Source: an uncultured Gammaproteobacteria bacterium (GTDB taxonomy: Bacteria > Patescibacteriota > Patescibacteriia > UBA9934 > GWF2-40-263). Taken from it: a stretch of DNA of 64,000 bases. Below, in pieces: positions 38,254-47,660 of the stretch; position 1 is the first letter of the stretch; each line of letters begins with the position of its first letter. The stretch lies in the NCBI GenBank assembly GCA_964538435.1, contig CAZIDX010000001.1, forward strand, positions 64,393-128,392, in the 5' to 3' direction. The translations under genes were made by a program, and so were the position numbers. Below the pieces are notes generated by a model. The model made no database searches. It was given only the letters and a program-made list of their open reading frames with translations, and had not been told where the DNA came from.

Positions 38254-40140
38254 ATGAAAAGCATTCATGAAATAAGACAATCCTACCTTGATTACTTCAA
38301 AAAACAGGATCACGCCGTGATTCCGTCGGCCTCTTTGTTGCCAGAAAACGACCCAACAACGCTGTTTACAGGGTCTGGGATGCAACCGATTGTTTCATTT
38401 CTTCTTGGAGAAGATCACCCAAAAGGGAATCGACTCACAGATGCACAGAAATGCTTTCGTTCTCAAGATATTGATGAAGTAGGCGACAATAGGCATACAA
38501 CGTTTTTTGAAATGCTGGGAAACTGGTCGCTTGGCGACTACTTCAAGCAAGAACAGATTCCCTGGGTGTTTACCTGGTTAACAGAAGAGGTCGGTCTCAA
38601 TCCTGAAAACATCTACGTAACAACCTTTCGTGGAAATGAGGATCTTGGAATAGAGCGCGACACTGAATCTGTTGAGCTTTGGAAAAAAATGTTTGCAGAA
38701 AAAGGTCTTGATGCAAAAGATATTGATTTTGCAGAGCGTGATGGGATGCAAGGTGGAAGAATCTTTTACTACGATGAAACAAAAAACTGGTGGTCCCGAT
38801 CAGGTACACCAGAAAAGATGCCAGCAGGTGAGCCAGGTGGACCTGACAGTGAAATCTTTTGGGATTTTGGCGAAGATCTGGGGTTGCATGAGAAGTCCGA
38901 GTTTTCAGACCAGCCCTGCCATGTTAATTGCGACTGCGGACGCTTCCTGGAGATTGGAAACAGTGTCTTCATGGAATACATAAAAACGGAAACCGGATTT
39001 GAATCACTGCCAAACAAAAATGTTGATTTTGGAGGCGGGTTGGAGAGAATCACGGCAGCTGCAAACGGCGAGCCAGACATCTTTCTGCTTAATGTGTTTG
39101 AAAAAACACGCACTTCACTTGAGTGGCTCTCAGGAAAACAGTACTCCTCAGAACACCAATTTGCCTTTAGAGTGATCCTCGATCACATCAGAGCCAGCAT
39201 GTTTCTCATTGCTGATGGTGCCATTCCATCAAACAAGGACCAGGGTTACTTCACAAGGCGTCTCATCAGGCGCGCCATTCGTTTTGGTGGGCAATTAGGA
39301 ATTACTGAAAACTTTCTAGATCACATTGCGCCACATCTACTAGATGAGTACGCCGCATGCTATGAAGGAATAGGAGACGCCACCAAGAGAAACCAAATTA
39401 TGGATGAACTAGCTCGCGAGGAAGAAAAATTTCGGAAAACAATCACAAAGGGAGAAAAAGAGTTTGAAAAAATGTTTAAGACAGGAGAGGGGATCTCAGG
39501 AAAGGATGCATTCATCCTTTATTCAACGTACGGGTTCCCGCTTGAGCTAACAGAAGAGATGGTGCAAGAAAAAGGACTTGAGGTGGATCGCGAGGTGTTT
39601 AAGAAAGAGTTTGATCAGCACAAGGAGCTCTCGCGTGCTGGATCAGCTCAAAAATTTACTGGCGGGCTCGCAGACCACTCAAAGGAGACGGTTGCGCTGC
39701 ATACCGCCACTCACCTCATGCATCAAGCATTGAGGAATGTGCTCGGTGAGCATGTAATGCAAAGAGGTTCAAACATCACTCCAAAACGACTTCGATTTGA
39801 TTTCTCTCATCCAGAAAAGATGACAGATGAGCAAAAACAAAAGGTTGAAGAGATTGTAAACACTCAGATTGAAAAAGACTTGCCTGTCACTCAGAAGATG
39901 ATGACGCTCGAAGAAGCTAAATCAGCCGGCGCAATTGGGCTTTTCGAGGACAAATACGCATCATTAGGAGATCAGATCAAAGTATATTTCATTGGGGATG
40001 AGAATGAAGGTAATGTCTTTAGCGTGGAGGTCTGTGGAGGGCCGCATGTAGCCTCCTTAAGCGATCTGGGAACGTTCAAAATCAAAAAAGAAGAATCAGC
40101 CTCTGCTGGAATCAGGAGAATCAAGGCGATTCTTGAATAA
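38254..40140 (+). CDS. alaS: Alanine--tRNA ligase (short form lacking C-Ala)
   Basis: HTTFFEMLGNWS, DFGGGLER, HTATHL, EVCGGPHV, ends at GIRRIKA. Confidence 0.95.
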   Translation: MKSIHEIRQSYLDYFKKQDHAVIPSASLLPENDPTTLFTGSGMQPIVSFLLGEDHPKGNRLTDAQKCFRSQDIDEVGDNRHTTFFEMLGNWSLGDYFKQEQIPWVFTWLTEEVGLNPENIYVTTFRGNEDLGIERDTESVELWKKMFAEKGLDAKDIDFAERDGMQGGRIFYYDETKNWWSRSGTPEKMPAGEPGGPDSEIFWDFGEDLGLHEKSEFSDQPCHVNCDCGRFLEIGNSVFMEYIKTETGFESLPNKNVDFGGGLERITAAANGEPDIFLLNVFEKTRTSLEWLSGKQYSSEHQFAFRVILDHIRASMFLIADGAIPSNKDQGYFTRRLIRRAIRFGGQLGITENFLDHIAPHLLDEYAACYEGIGDATKRNQIMDELAREEEKFRKTITKGEKEFEKMFKTGEGISGKDAFILYSTYGFPLELTEEMVQEKGLEVDREVFKKEFDQHKELSRAGSAQKFTGGLADHSKETVALHTATHLMHQALRNVLGEHVMQRGSNITPKRLRFDFSHPEKMTDEQKQKVEEIVNTQIEKDLPVTQKMMTLEEAKSAGAIGLFEDKYASLGDQIKVYFIGDENEGNVFSVEVCGGPHVASLSDLGTFKIKKEESASAGIRRIKAILE

Positions 40141-40196
40141 GAAATCAACTAATTTAAGGCAAAAAAAGACGGATACTCTTATCCACGGCCAAACGC

Positions 40197-40282
40197 TTGA
40201 CATTTACTGCGCACATCAGTAAAATACCGGCGCCTCGAAAGTTGAGTATGGCCTTGCTTTTTTCGCTAAAAGATGCTAGTAT
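40197..40282 (+). promoter_or_regulatory. Tandem sigma70 promoters of the infA-alpha operon
   Basis: TTGACA-17-TAAAAT (40197-40225) and TTGCTT-17-TAGTAT (40254-40282). Confidence 0.6.
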
Positions 40283-40295
40283 TCCGTCGATTATT

Positions 40296-40517
40296 ATGAG
40301 CAAAGGCACAAAAGACTTTATCGAGATGAGGGGGACTGTGGAAGAGCTTCTTCCATCTGCGAACTTCAAAATTACACTCGAAAACGGTCAAACTATTATC
40401 GGTCATCTTTCTGGAAAGATGCGCAAATTCAGAATCAGGATTCTTCCAGGTGACCATGTAAAGTTAGAGATCAGTCCATACGACCTAACAAAGGGTCGTG
40501 TCGTCTATCGATATTGA
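40296..40517 (+). CDS. infA: Translation initiation factor IF-1
   Basis: [17 protein letters not shown]...[13 protein letters not shown]; 73 aa from ATG 40296. Confidence 0.95.
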   Translation: MSKGTKDFIEMRGTVEELLPSANFKITLENGQTIIGHLSGKMRKFRIRILPGDHVKLEISPYDLTKGRVVYRY

Positions 40518-40520
40518 GAT

Positions 40521-40547
40521 ACGTCATCGAAGCGTCTTCGGTGGCGT
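40521..40547 (+). promoter_or_regulatory. Intergenic stem-loop between infA and rpmJ (possible regulatory or processing element)
   Basis: ACGTCATCGAAG-CGT-CTTCGGTGGCGT, 12 bp with G-U pairs on the + strand. Confidence 0.4.
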
Positions 40548-40556
40548 TTATACATT

Positions 40557-40670
40557 ATGAAAGTACGAGCATCAGCTAAGAAAATTTGTCGCGACTGCAA
40601 AGTGATCCGCCGAAAAGGTAGGGTTCATGTGATTTGCAAGAACCCACGACATAAGCAACGTCAAGGATAA
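40557..40670 (+). CDS. rpmJ: 50S ribosomal protein L36 (absent from the ORF track)
   Basis: [37 protein letters not shown]. Confidence 0.97.
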   Translation: MKVRASAKKICRDCKVIRRKGRVHVICKNPRHKQRQG

Positions 40671-40673
40671 TCT

Positions 40674-41060
40674 ATGGCACGTATTGCTGGAGTAAATATT
40701 CCATCAAACAAACGAATCGTGATCGCACTCACGTATATTTATGGTGTAGGACCAAAAATCTCTTCAAAGGTTTTGGCCCAAGCACAAGTTGATGAGAACA
40801 TTCGAACAAAAGACCTGAAAGACGATCAAGTAAACGCGATCCGAACAATTTTGGAAAAAACATTCCGCCTCGAAGGTGATCTCAGGCGCGACGTGCTTTC
40901 AAGCATCAAGCGCCACAAAGAAATCGGCTCATACCGAGGAACCCGCCACAGCAAAGGACTTCCTTCACGAGGGCAGCGAACCAAATCAAACTCTCGAACC
41001 GTTCGTGGAAACACCCGGCGAACAGCTGGAAGTGGACGACGAGCACTCACCAAGACCTAA
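40674..41060 (+). CDS. rpsM: 30S ribosomal protein S13
   Basis: MARIAGVNIP, ALTYIYGVG, RGQRTKSNSRT. Confidence 0.97.
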   Translation: MARIAGVNIPSNKRIVIALTYIYGVGPKISSKVLAQAQVDENIRTKDLKDDQVNAIRTILEKTFRLEGDLRRDVLSSIKRHKEIGSYRGTRHSKGLPSRGQRTKSNSRTVRGNTRRTAGSGRRALTKT

Positions 41061-41068
41061 TACTCACT

Positions 41069-41464
41069 ATGGCAGCAACGAAGCAAAAATCTCGATCAAA
41101 GAAAAAGGCAATGCGGCAGGTGTCGCAGGGTTGTGCTTATATCCAAGCAACCTACAACAACACCATCGTAACCTTCACTGATTTGAACGGAAACACACTT
41201 GCATGGTCAAGTGCTGGTAACTGTGGATTTAAAGGTCCAAAGAAATCAACACCATATGCTGCAAGCGTAATTGTTAAAGCAGCAGCTGAACGAGTTAAGG
41301 AGTCTGGCCTAAAAGAGCTCAGTGTATTTGTAAAGGGTGTTGGATCAGGACGAGACTCTGCAGTTCGAGCACTCAATGCTAACGGATTCCACGTACTATC
41401 AATCAAAGATGTAACACCGCTTCCGCACAATGGATGCCGTGCACGTAAGCCTCGACGCGTCTAG
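41069..41464 (+). CDS. rpsK: 30S ribosomal protein S11
   Basis: YNNTIVT, KKSTPYAA, DVTPLPHNGCR. Confidence 0.97.
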   Translation: MAATKQKSRSKKKAMRQVSQGCAYIQATYNNTIVTFTDLNGNTLAWSSAGNCGFKGPKKSTPYAASVIVKAAAERVKESGLKELSVFVKGVGSGRDSAVRALNANGFHVLSIKDVTPLPHNGCRARKPRRV

Positions 41465-41466
41465 AT

Positions 41467-42078
41467 ATGGCTAGAATGACCACTCCAATTGTAAAACTGT
41501 CACGACGACTAGGAATTGCTCTCGGAAAAGAGCATGTTGTTCGAAAACGACCATACCCACCAGGGATCCACGGTCCAAAGAACGCCTACCGACGTCGAAT
41601 TTCTGCATACGGCGAGCAGCTTCGAGAGAAGCAGAAAGCTCGTGCAATTTACGGTGTTATGGAGCGACAGTTCCGCAACTATTTTGAAAAAGCAACCCGA
41701 AAAGAAGGGAACACTGGAACAGTGCTCGTGCAAATGCTTGAGCTTCGTTTGGATAACGTTGTTCACCGACTAGGATACGCAAAAACCCGACGAATGGCAC
41801 GACAGATGGTAAACCACGGCTTCTTCCTCGTAAACGGAACAAAGGTTGATATCCCATCATTTTCTGTAAAAATCGGCGACGAGATCACCATAAAAGAATC
41901 AAAGAAAGACTCAAAGCTCGTGAAGGCGATTCCTGAAACAATGAATCAAAACCCACTTCCAAAGTGGTTGTCACGAGACAACAAGACCCTCTCTGGAAAG
42001 ATCACATCGATCCCAGAAGGAGATGATCTTGATCAGCCTTTCGACCCTACGCTCATTGTGGAGTTCTACTCCCGATAA
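41467..42078 (+). CDS. rpsD: 30S ribosomal protein S4
   Basis: QLREKQK, LELRLDNVVHRLG, IVEFYSR. Confidence 0.97.
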   Translation: MARMTTPIVKLSRRLGIALGKEHVVRKRPYPPGIHGPKNAYRRRISAYGEQLREKQKARAIYGVMERQFRNYFEKATRKEGNTGTVLVQMLELRLDNVVHRLGYAKTRRMARQMVNHGFFLVNGTKVDIPSFSVKIGDEITIKESKKDSKLVKAIPETMNQNPLPKWLSRDNKTLSGKITSIPEGDDLDQPFDPTLIVEFYSR

Positions 42079-42090
42079 CCTTTTGCGTCT

Positions 42091-42870
42091 ATGGAAAACA
42101 TTCTCCTTCCATCATCAATTCGTTTTGAGGCGTCAGACCGTCCAAACGAAGGCATCCTCATTGTAGAGCCTTGCTTTCACGGATACGGAACAACCCTTGG
42201 AAACGCACTACGACGCGTACTCCTTTCTTCATTGCCTGGAGCAGCCGTTACAGCTGTGAAGATCAAAGGTGTGAACCACGAGTTTCAGCCGATCGAGAAC
42301 ATTAAGGAGGACGCACTCGAGATTATTCTTAATCTCAAATCCCTTCGTTTGAAGGTCTTTAGCGACGAACCAGTTGTTCTTAATCTAACTGCCAGCGGAA
42401 AGAAAACAGTAACAGCAGCAGATATTCAGCCAAATGCTGATGTAGAAGTCGTAAACCCTGAGCTTCCATTGGCTACAATCACAGCAGACGACGGAACAAT
42501 GGACATGCAAATCACGGTAAAGCGCGGACGAGGTTACAGCTCAACAGAAGAACGTGTAAACGAGTCAAATGACCTTGGAACGATCAGTATTGATGCTCTC
42601 TTCTCACCAATCCGAAACGTTGGATACCGAGTAGAAGACACACGTGTTGGAGACATCACTAACTATGATCGCCTAATCATGAACATTGAAACAGATGGAA
42701 CGATCACTCCAGAGGACGCTGTTCATGAGTCAGTTCAAGTATTGATTAACCACTTCAATCTACTTGCTCAAAACCCTGCAGAAACTTTCGAGCCAATGCC
42801 AGGGGTTTCTGAAGAGCCAGTTGTTGAAGATGTATCTACCGAAGAACCCCAGGAGGAAACAGAAGAATAA
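42091..42870 (+). CDS. rpoA: RNA polymerase alpha subunit (NTD only, no alpha-CTD)
   Basis: GYGTTLGNALRRVLLSSLPG, IDALFSPI, ETDGTITP; 259 aa ending in an acidic tail. Confidence 0.95.
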   Translation: MENILLPSSIRFEASDRPNEGILIVEPCFHGYGTTLGNALRRVLLSSLPGAAVTAVKIKGVNHEFQPIENIKEDALEIILNLKSLRLKVFSDEPVVLNLTASGKKTVTAADIQPNADVEVVNPELPLATITADDGTMDMQITVKRGRGYSSTEERVNESNDLGTISIDALFSPIRNVGYRVEDTRVGDITNYDRLIMNIETDGTITPEDAVHESVQVLINHFNLLAQNPAETFEPMPGVSEEPVVEDVSTEEPQEETEE

Positions 42871-42873
42871 ACT

Positions 42874-43224
42874 ATGCGTCATCGAAAGAAAGGAAAAATT
42901 CTAGATCGAAAGAAAGCTCCTCGGGAAGCCATGCTTCGCAATCTCGCTTCAAGCATTGTCTTGCATGAACGCGTGAAAACAACAGAAGCTAAGGCAAAGG
43001 CAGTAAAGCCTCTCGTGGAAAAAGCGATCACAACAGCAAAAACCAACTCACTTGCGTCTCGACGAAAGCTGATGAAGTTTTTCTACACAGATCTAGCTGT
43101 AAACAAACTCCTTGAGGTGCTTGGACCACGATACGCAACCCGTCCTGGTGGTTACACCCGAATCGTAAAGATCGGACACCGAAAGAACGATGGGGCTGAT
43201 ATGGTTCAAATTGAACTTGTTTAG
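42874..43224 (+). CDS. rplQ: 50S ribosomal protein L17
   Basis: MRHRK, TTEAKAK, RPGGYTRIVK. Confidence 0.97.
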   Translation: MRHRKKGKILDRKKAPREAMLRNLASSIVLHERVKTTEAKAKAVKPLVEKAITTAKTNSLASRRKLMKFFYTDLAVNKLLEVLGPRYATRPGGYTRIVKIGHRKNDGADMVQIELV

Positions 43225-43225
43225 T

Positions 43226-43582
43226 ATGGAAATTGCACGAGACATTCACACAATCGACGCTGAAGGAAAAGCACCAGGCCGACTTGCAACTGAGGTGGCC
43301 ACTTTGCTTATCGGAAAGCACAAACCAAGTTTTCAGCCAAACATTGATGCTGGCGACCATGTTCAGGTTATCAATGCTGCAAAAATGAAGATTACTGGCA
43401 AAAAGCTTGAGCAAAAAAAGTATTACCGACACAGTGGTTATGCTGGTGGTCTTAAGACAACAGCCATGAAGGATGTTTGGGAAAGTGACCCAGCAGAGGT
43501 TTTGAGAAAGGCCGTTTCACGCATGCTCCCAAAGAATAAGCAGCGAACCGAGCGCATGAAGCGATTGGTTGTAAAGAGCTAG
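43226..43582 (+). CDS. rplM: 50S ribosomal protein L13
   Basis: GRLATEVA...[22 protein letters not shown]. Confidence 0.95.
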   Translation: MEIARDIHTIDAEGKAPGRLATEVATLLIGKHKPSFQPNIDAGDHVQVINAAKMKITGKKLEQKKYYRHSGYAGGLKTTAMKDVWESDPAEVLRKAVSRMLPKNKQRTERMKRLVVKS

Positions 43583-43583
43583 T

Positions 43584-43985
43584 ATGACAGAAGCAAATAC
43601 ATACATTGAAACCGTTGGGCGCCGAAAAGGAGCAGTAGCACGAGTGCGAATGTTCCAGGGTGGAAGCGGAAAAATCACAGTGAATGAGCGAGATTTTAAG
43701 GAATACATCCCAATTGCACTGCTTCAACAGTCAACAATGCTCCCACTAACACTCACATCAACTGATGAAATGTTTGACATCACAGTGCTAGTGAAAGGTG
43801 GTGGTGTCCATGGTCAAGCAGATGCTATTCGAATGGGGATTGCACGCGCGCTCATTGATTTCAACCCAGAATTCCGCGCTGTTTTGAAGAAAAATGGACT
43901 TCTTACACGTGACGCTCGTGTTCGTGAGAGGAAAAAATTCGGAAAGAAATCAGCTCGACGTGCACCACAGTGGTCAAAGCGATAA
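43584..43985 (+). CDS. rpsI: 30S ribosomal protein S9
   Basis: [25 protein letters not shown]. Confidence 0.97.
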   Translation: MTEANTYIETVGRRKGAVARVRMFQGGSGKITVNERDFKEYIPIALLQQSTMLPLTLTSTDEMFDITVLVKGGGVHGQADAIRMGIARALIDFNPEFRAVLKKNGLLTRDARVRERKKFGKKSARRAPQWSKR

Positions 43986-43992
43986 AATTTTC

Positions 43993-44023
43993 AAAAAACA
44001 CCTTGCAATTGCAGGGTGTTTTT
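43993..44023 (+). terminator. Terminator of the ribosomal protein operon
   Basis: AAAAAACACCTTGC-AATT-GCAGGGTGTTTTT. Confidence 0.75.
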
Positions 44024-44105
44024 GGTTTTCAAACCTCGTTGACGGGCAGGTTTGACTATGATTAACTTCATCCACCGGGCTGTTCCGGTGGATGAGGAGA
44101 GAAAC

Positions 44106-45074
44106 ATGATAGCTGCCTCAATGGCCGCAAATACGCCGCATCGTCACAGGCTCTCAATCGGCGACCAGGCAAAGCGGGGCGCTATGAACCGGAGAGAGTT
44201 CGCGCTTCCTGAGTCATTGCTGCCCGACGATATCGGTCGTGTTCGACTTATCGGTGGTCCCCATGACATCCCTGCGGCAGTGGGTGTCAGGAGCATCATC
44301 ACACTGCAAGAAGCTGCCATGTCCATGAAGCTGGTGACAGACCACTGGCAGCTTGTTCTGGAGCCCTACGATCCCAATCTGCTCAAGCGATCACTCGCTC
44401 GGGTAAAGCAGATCGGCCCCACAGATCCGCCACCTGCATTTGGTCTCGGCGAGCCACTTCCTGCCACAAGCGACATCACTGACATGATGCAGTTGGCGCA
44501 CAAGGAGCTGTCCCGACTTCGACCTCACTACGAGGGAACCATGCTCCTGGTCGTGTTCTGGCAAGATCGTGATGGGCTGCCACACTTCGACTTCGTCGCA
44601 ACCTCCCTGGACGGACTTCGCCAAAAGCGCATGCGAGCGCTCCGGCACAACGAACGTGTCAAAGCCAGTTCAGCGCCTTTCCCATGGCCGATCCACATGC
44701 CCACGTGGCTTCCTCCTTGGATGGGGGCCGGTGTGCAGATATGGGGTGAGGGCAACTACATCGATGCTCCCATGATCCCACCAACCGACGAGTGGGTCTC
44801 AGGCAACAAGGACGCTCTCACAAAGATCGTGGACAGGCATTTCAAACCTGCTCTCTGGAGTCTTTGGAAAGCAACGTTCGCAGAACCTGAAGTGGCCGCG
44901 AAGCTGGCTAGTCAAGGGTATCGCCTGGAGGAAAGCGACCGAACAAGAATGGGTGGTGAAGAGCTCAGAGAGCTCATGGACTACCGCTCTGCAGACCCCG
45001 CAAACCTCACGGTCATGGGCGATCTGTCCATGCTCGAAGAACTCGCGGCTGACGCAATCAAGCCGCTCACATAG
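44106..45074 (+). CDS. Hypothetical protein; GC-rich unit 7
   Basis: ATG 44106 after GAGGAGAG; leader hairpin TCATCCACCGG/CCGGTGGATGA; TTGACG at 44039; TAG stop. Confidence 0.7.
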   Translation: MIAASMAANTPHRHRLSIGDQAKRGAMNRREFALPESLLPDDIGRVRLIGGPHDIPAAVGVRSIITLQEAAMSMKLVTDHWQLVLEPYDPNLLKRSLARVKQIGPTDPPPAFGLGEPLPATSDITDMMQLAHKELSRLRPHYEGTMLLVVFWQDRDGLPHFDFVATSLDGLRQKRMRALRHNERVKASSAPFPWPIHMPTWLPPWMGAGVQIWGEGNYIDAPMIPPTDEWVSGNKDALTKIVDRHFKPALWSLWKATFAEPEVAAKLASQGYRLEESDRTRMGGEELRELMDYRSADPANLTVMGDLSMLEELAADAIKPLT

Positions 45075-45104
45075 ATGAGCCTGACAAGCTCATCTTTTCT
45101 ATTT
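45073..45104 (+). terminator. Hairpin overlapping the TAG stop with TTTTCTATTT tail (unit 7)
   Basis: AGATGAGC-CTGACAA-GCTCATCT TTTCTATTTGA. Confidence 0.65.
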
Positions 45105-45139
45105 GAAAAGCCCCAAAAATCAGGTACAATAAGCTCACT

Positions 45140-46573
45140 GTGAGCTCACTTCTAGCAAGAAATACGTTTTATCTAACAACGGCAGCCATCGGACAAAAGG
45201 TTATCGCTTTTGTCTACTTTTTGTTTCTTGCACGAGTCATGCAACCAGAAAGTACAGGAACCTATTTTCTTGTTGTTTCATTCATCATGATTTTCTCTGT
45301 TGTAGCAGACTTTGGCATCACACAGGTCGTCATCAGGGAAATCGCAAAAGCACCTGATCAAGCCAAGCAGCTACTTAAAGGAGCTTTGGGAGCAAAACTG
45401 TTTTTCATGGTTATTGCAGTGTTCGCTGCAAACATTGTCAGCTTGAGTCTGGGTTATGACACTCTTGTAATTCAACTCATTCTGCTGGCTAGCGTAAATC
45501 TGTTCTTTGACGCACTTCATTTATTGTTCTATGGAGCGCTACGCGGAATGCAAAATCTTCAGTATGAGGCTCTGGGTGTGCTCGGTGGGCAAATTGCTTC
45601 AGTGACAGCTGGTGCGCTCGTGCTTTGGTTGTACCCCTCACTTTACCTTCTTGTTATAGCACTCATGCTCACATCATTTGTAAATGTTGCAGTCTCTGCT
45701 ACAAAGGTTGTGCAGAAATTGGGTGCTGGCATACTTTTACCAACATTCGAAGGAGACAGCACAAAGATCTTGCTCAAAACAGCGCTTCCATTTGCGCTCG
45801 CGGCTGTGTTTGTAAAAGTATACTCATACATTGACAGCATATTCATCTCTAAATTTTTGGGCACCGTGGAGCTTGGGTACTACTCTGTTGCCTATAAATT
45901 CACATACGCATTCCAATTCCTGCCAATGGCCTTCATTGCGGCGCTCTATCCTGGAATCAGCGCCAATATCGGCAAGGATGAATTTAGGGTCAACCAAATG
46001 ATGGAAAAGGGGATGTGGTACATGGCGATCCTGGTTATTCCAATTGCATTCGGTTTGTGGGCGATTGCCCCAGAGGCTGTTTTGCTTGCCGGAGACAGCT
46101 ACGCTCCAGCAACACCTGTCCTGCAAATCCTCATCTTTGCTCTCATTCCGTTGTTCCTTGATTTCCCAATCGGCTCACTGCTAAACGCCGCGAACAGACA
46201 ATCAACAAAAACGGCCATCATGGGTGCAACTATGGTGATCAACATTATCCTCAACTTCCTGCTCATCCCAAGAATCGGTCTTATAGGGGCAGCTATTGCT
46301 GCACTTGTGAGTTTCACTTTCTTATTTGGTGCTGGTTACTATTTCATAAACAAAATCATTCCAAGCTTCACTCACACACAGTTTCTAAAAATCCTCAGCC
46401 CAATCGTCTTAAGCGGAGGATGTATGCTTGCTGCAACACTTGTTCTTAAACCTGTTGTCGGTTGGATCACAGTCATTCCAATTTCTGCACTTGTTTATCT
46501 AGCTGCGCTCTGGTTGCTAGGCGCAATAAAGAGCTCGGACGTGCAGCTTGTCAAAAAATTGATTAAACGTTGA
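45140..46573 (+). CDS. Wzx-like polysaccharide flippase (MOP family)
   Basis: ARNTFYL, DFGI...IREIA, IDSIFISKF...GYYSVAY; many TM helices. Confidence 0.85.
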   Translation: MSSLLARNTFYLTTAAIGQKVIAFVYFLFLARVMQPESTGTYFLVVSFIMIFSVVADFGITQVVIREIAKAPDQAKQLLKGALGAKLFFMVIAVFAANIVSLSLGYDTLVIQLILLASVNLFFDALHLLFYGALRGMQNLQYEALGVLGGQIASVTAGALVLWLYPSLYLLVIALMLTSFVNVAVSATKVVQKLGAGILLPTFEGDSTKILLKTALPFALAAVFVKVYSYIDSIFISKFLGTVELGYYSVAYKFTYAFQFLPMAFIAALYPGISANIGKDEFRVNQMMEKGMWYMAILVIPIAFGLWAIAPEAVLLAGDSYAPATPVLQILIFALIPLFLDFPIGSLLNAANRQSTKTAIMGATMVINIILNFLLIPRIGLIGAAIAALVSFTFLFGAGYYFINKIIPSFTHTQFLKILSPIVLSGGCMLAATLVLKPVVGWITVIPISALVYLAALWLLGAIKSSDVQLVKKLIKR

Positions 46574-46574
46574 T

Positions 46575-47660
46575 ATGGAGGATAATACAAAATTACTGTT
46601 AATAACACCGGACTTTCCACCAAAAAGAGGAGGTGTTGCAACCTATCTCTCCTCTCTTGCACGAGTGTTTTCAAATAACATCACTGTACTCGCTGACATC
46701 GACCCAAACTGGCAATCGTTTGATCAAAACGAACCCTATCCAATCTACCGCATGCCTTTGCTCTACAAAGTCATGTGGCCAAAATGGTGGAAGGTGACGA
46801 GATATCTAAAATCGATCAAAAACGACTACGACACGTTTCTCACAAGCCATGTGCTTCCGTTTGGCAGTGCGGCGATGTTTGCCGGAGTACCTTACATTTT
46901 GTTTGTGCACGGTATGGATATTCGATTGGCAGGAAAGAGTCTGAAAAAGAAAAAACTTGCTAAGCAAGTAATGGTAAAAGCAAAGTTGGTGGTCACAAAC
47001 TCACAAGCGCTTGCCGACGAGATAAACCGAGATTTCGGTGTTGGGGCCCTTGTCGTTCACCCATCTGTTCCAGCAGTTCTCGAAGAACCAGCCGTTGATG
47101 AATACAACGATCATATTATGTTCTTGTCCGTGAGCAGGCTCGTTGAGAGAAAAGGGCACACAAGAGTGCTCAATGCACTAGCATCTCTAAAGCGAAGCGG
47201 TAGGATCCCATCATTCAAGTACCACATTGTCGGAACAGGCCCCATGCAAACAACACTTAAAAGCATGGTTCATGAACTTGGGCTCGATGGCTTTGTGAAG
47301 TTCTACGGCGATGTTTCAGAAGCTCAGCTTCATGTGCTGTATTCAAGCTCTGATGTATTCCTTCTTCCTGTCTCTGATGATCCAGTAGACAAAGAAGGGT
47401 TTGGTCTGGTCTTCCTTGAGGCAGCTCTGCATTCAACACCCTCAATTACATCTAACATCCCAGGCGTAAACGAGGCGGTCATTCACAACCAGACCGGCCT
47501 TCTTGTTAACCCAGACGATCCTGATCAGCTTGCACAGCAGATCCTTCTCCTTGCCACAAATGTCGAGTACAGACACCAGCTAGGCAATGCTGCTCGCAAA
47601 CGAACGATCGAGGAATTCTCTTGCGAAAAACAATTTTCAAAACTCATTCCTTACTTGTGA
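46575..47660 (+). CDS. Glycosyltransferase family 4
   Basis: DFPPKRGGVA, SRLVERKG, EGFGLVFLEA. Confidence 0.9.
   Translation: MEDNTKLLLITPDFPPKRGGVATYLSSLARVFSNNITVLADIDPNWQSFDQNEPYPIYRMPLLYKVMWPKWWKVTRYLKSIKNDYDTFLTSHVLPFGSAAMFAGVPYILFVHGMDIRLAGKSLKKKKLAKQVMVKAKLVVTNSQALADEINRDFGVGALVVHPSVPAVLEEPAVDEYNDHIMFLSVSRLVERKGHTRVLNALASLKRSGRIPSFKYHIVGTGPMQTTLKSMVHELGLDGFVKFYGDVSEAQLHVLYSSSDVFLLPVSDDPVDKEGFGLVFLEAALHSTPSITSNIPGVNEAVIHNQTGLLVNPDDPDQLAQQILLLATNVEYRHQLGNAARKRTIEEFSCEKQFSKLIPYL

Noticed and set aside
13353-45104. Integron attC interpretation of the accessory-unit hairpins
   Set aside because: No RYYYAAC...GTTRRRY boxes, the hairpin sequences are unrelated to each other, the units are dispersed and no intI is in the window.
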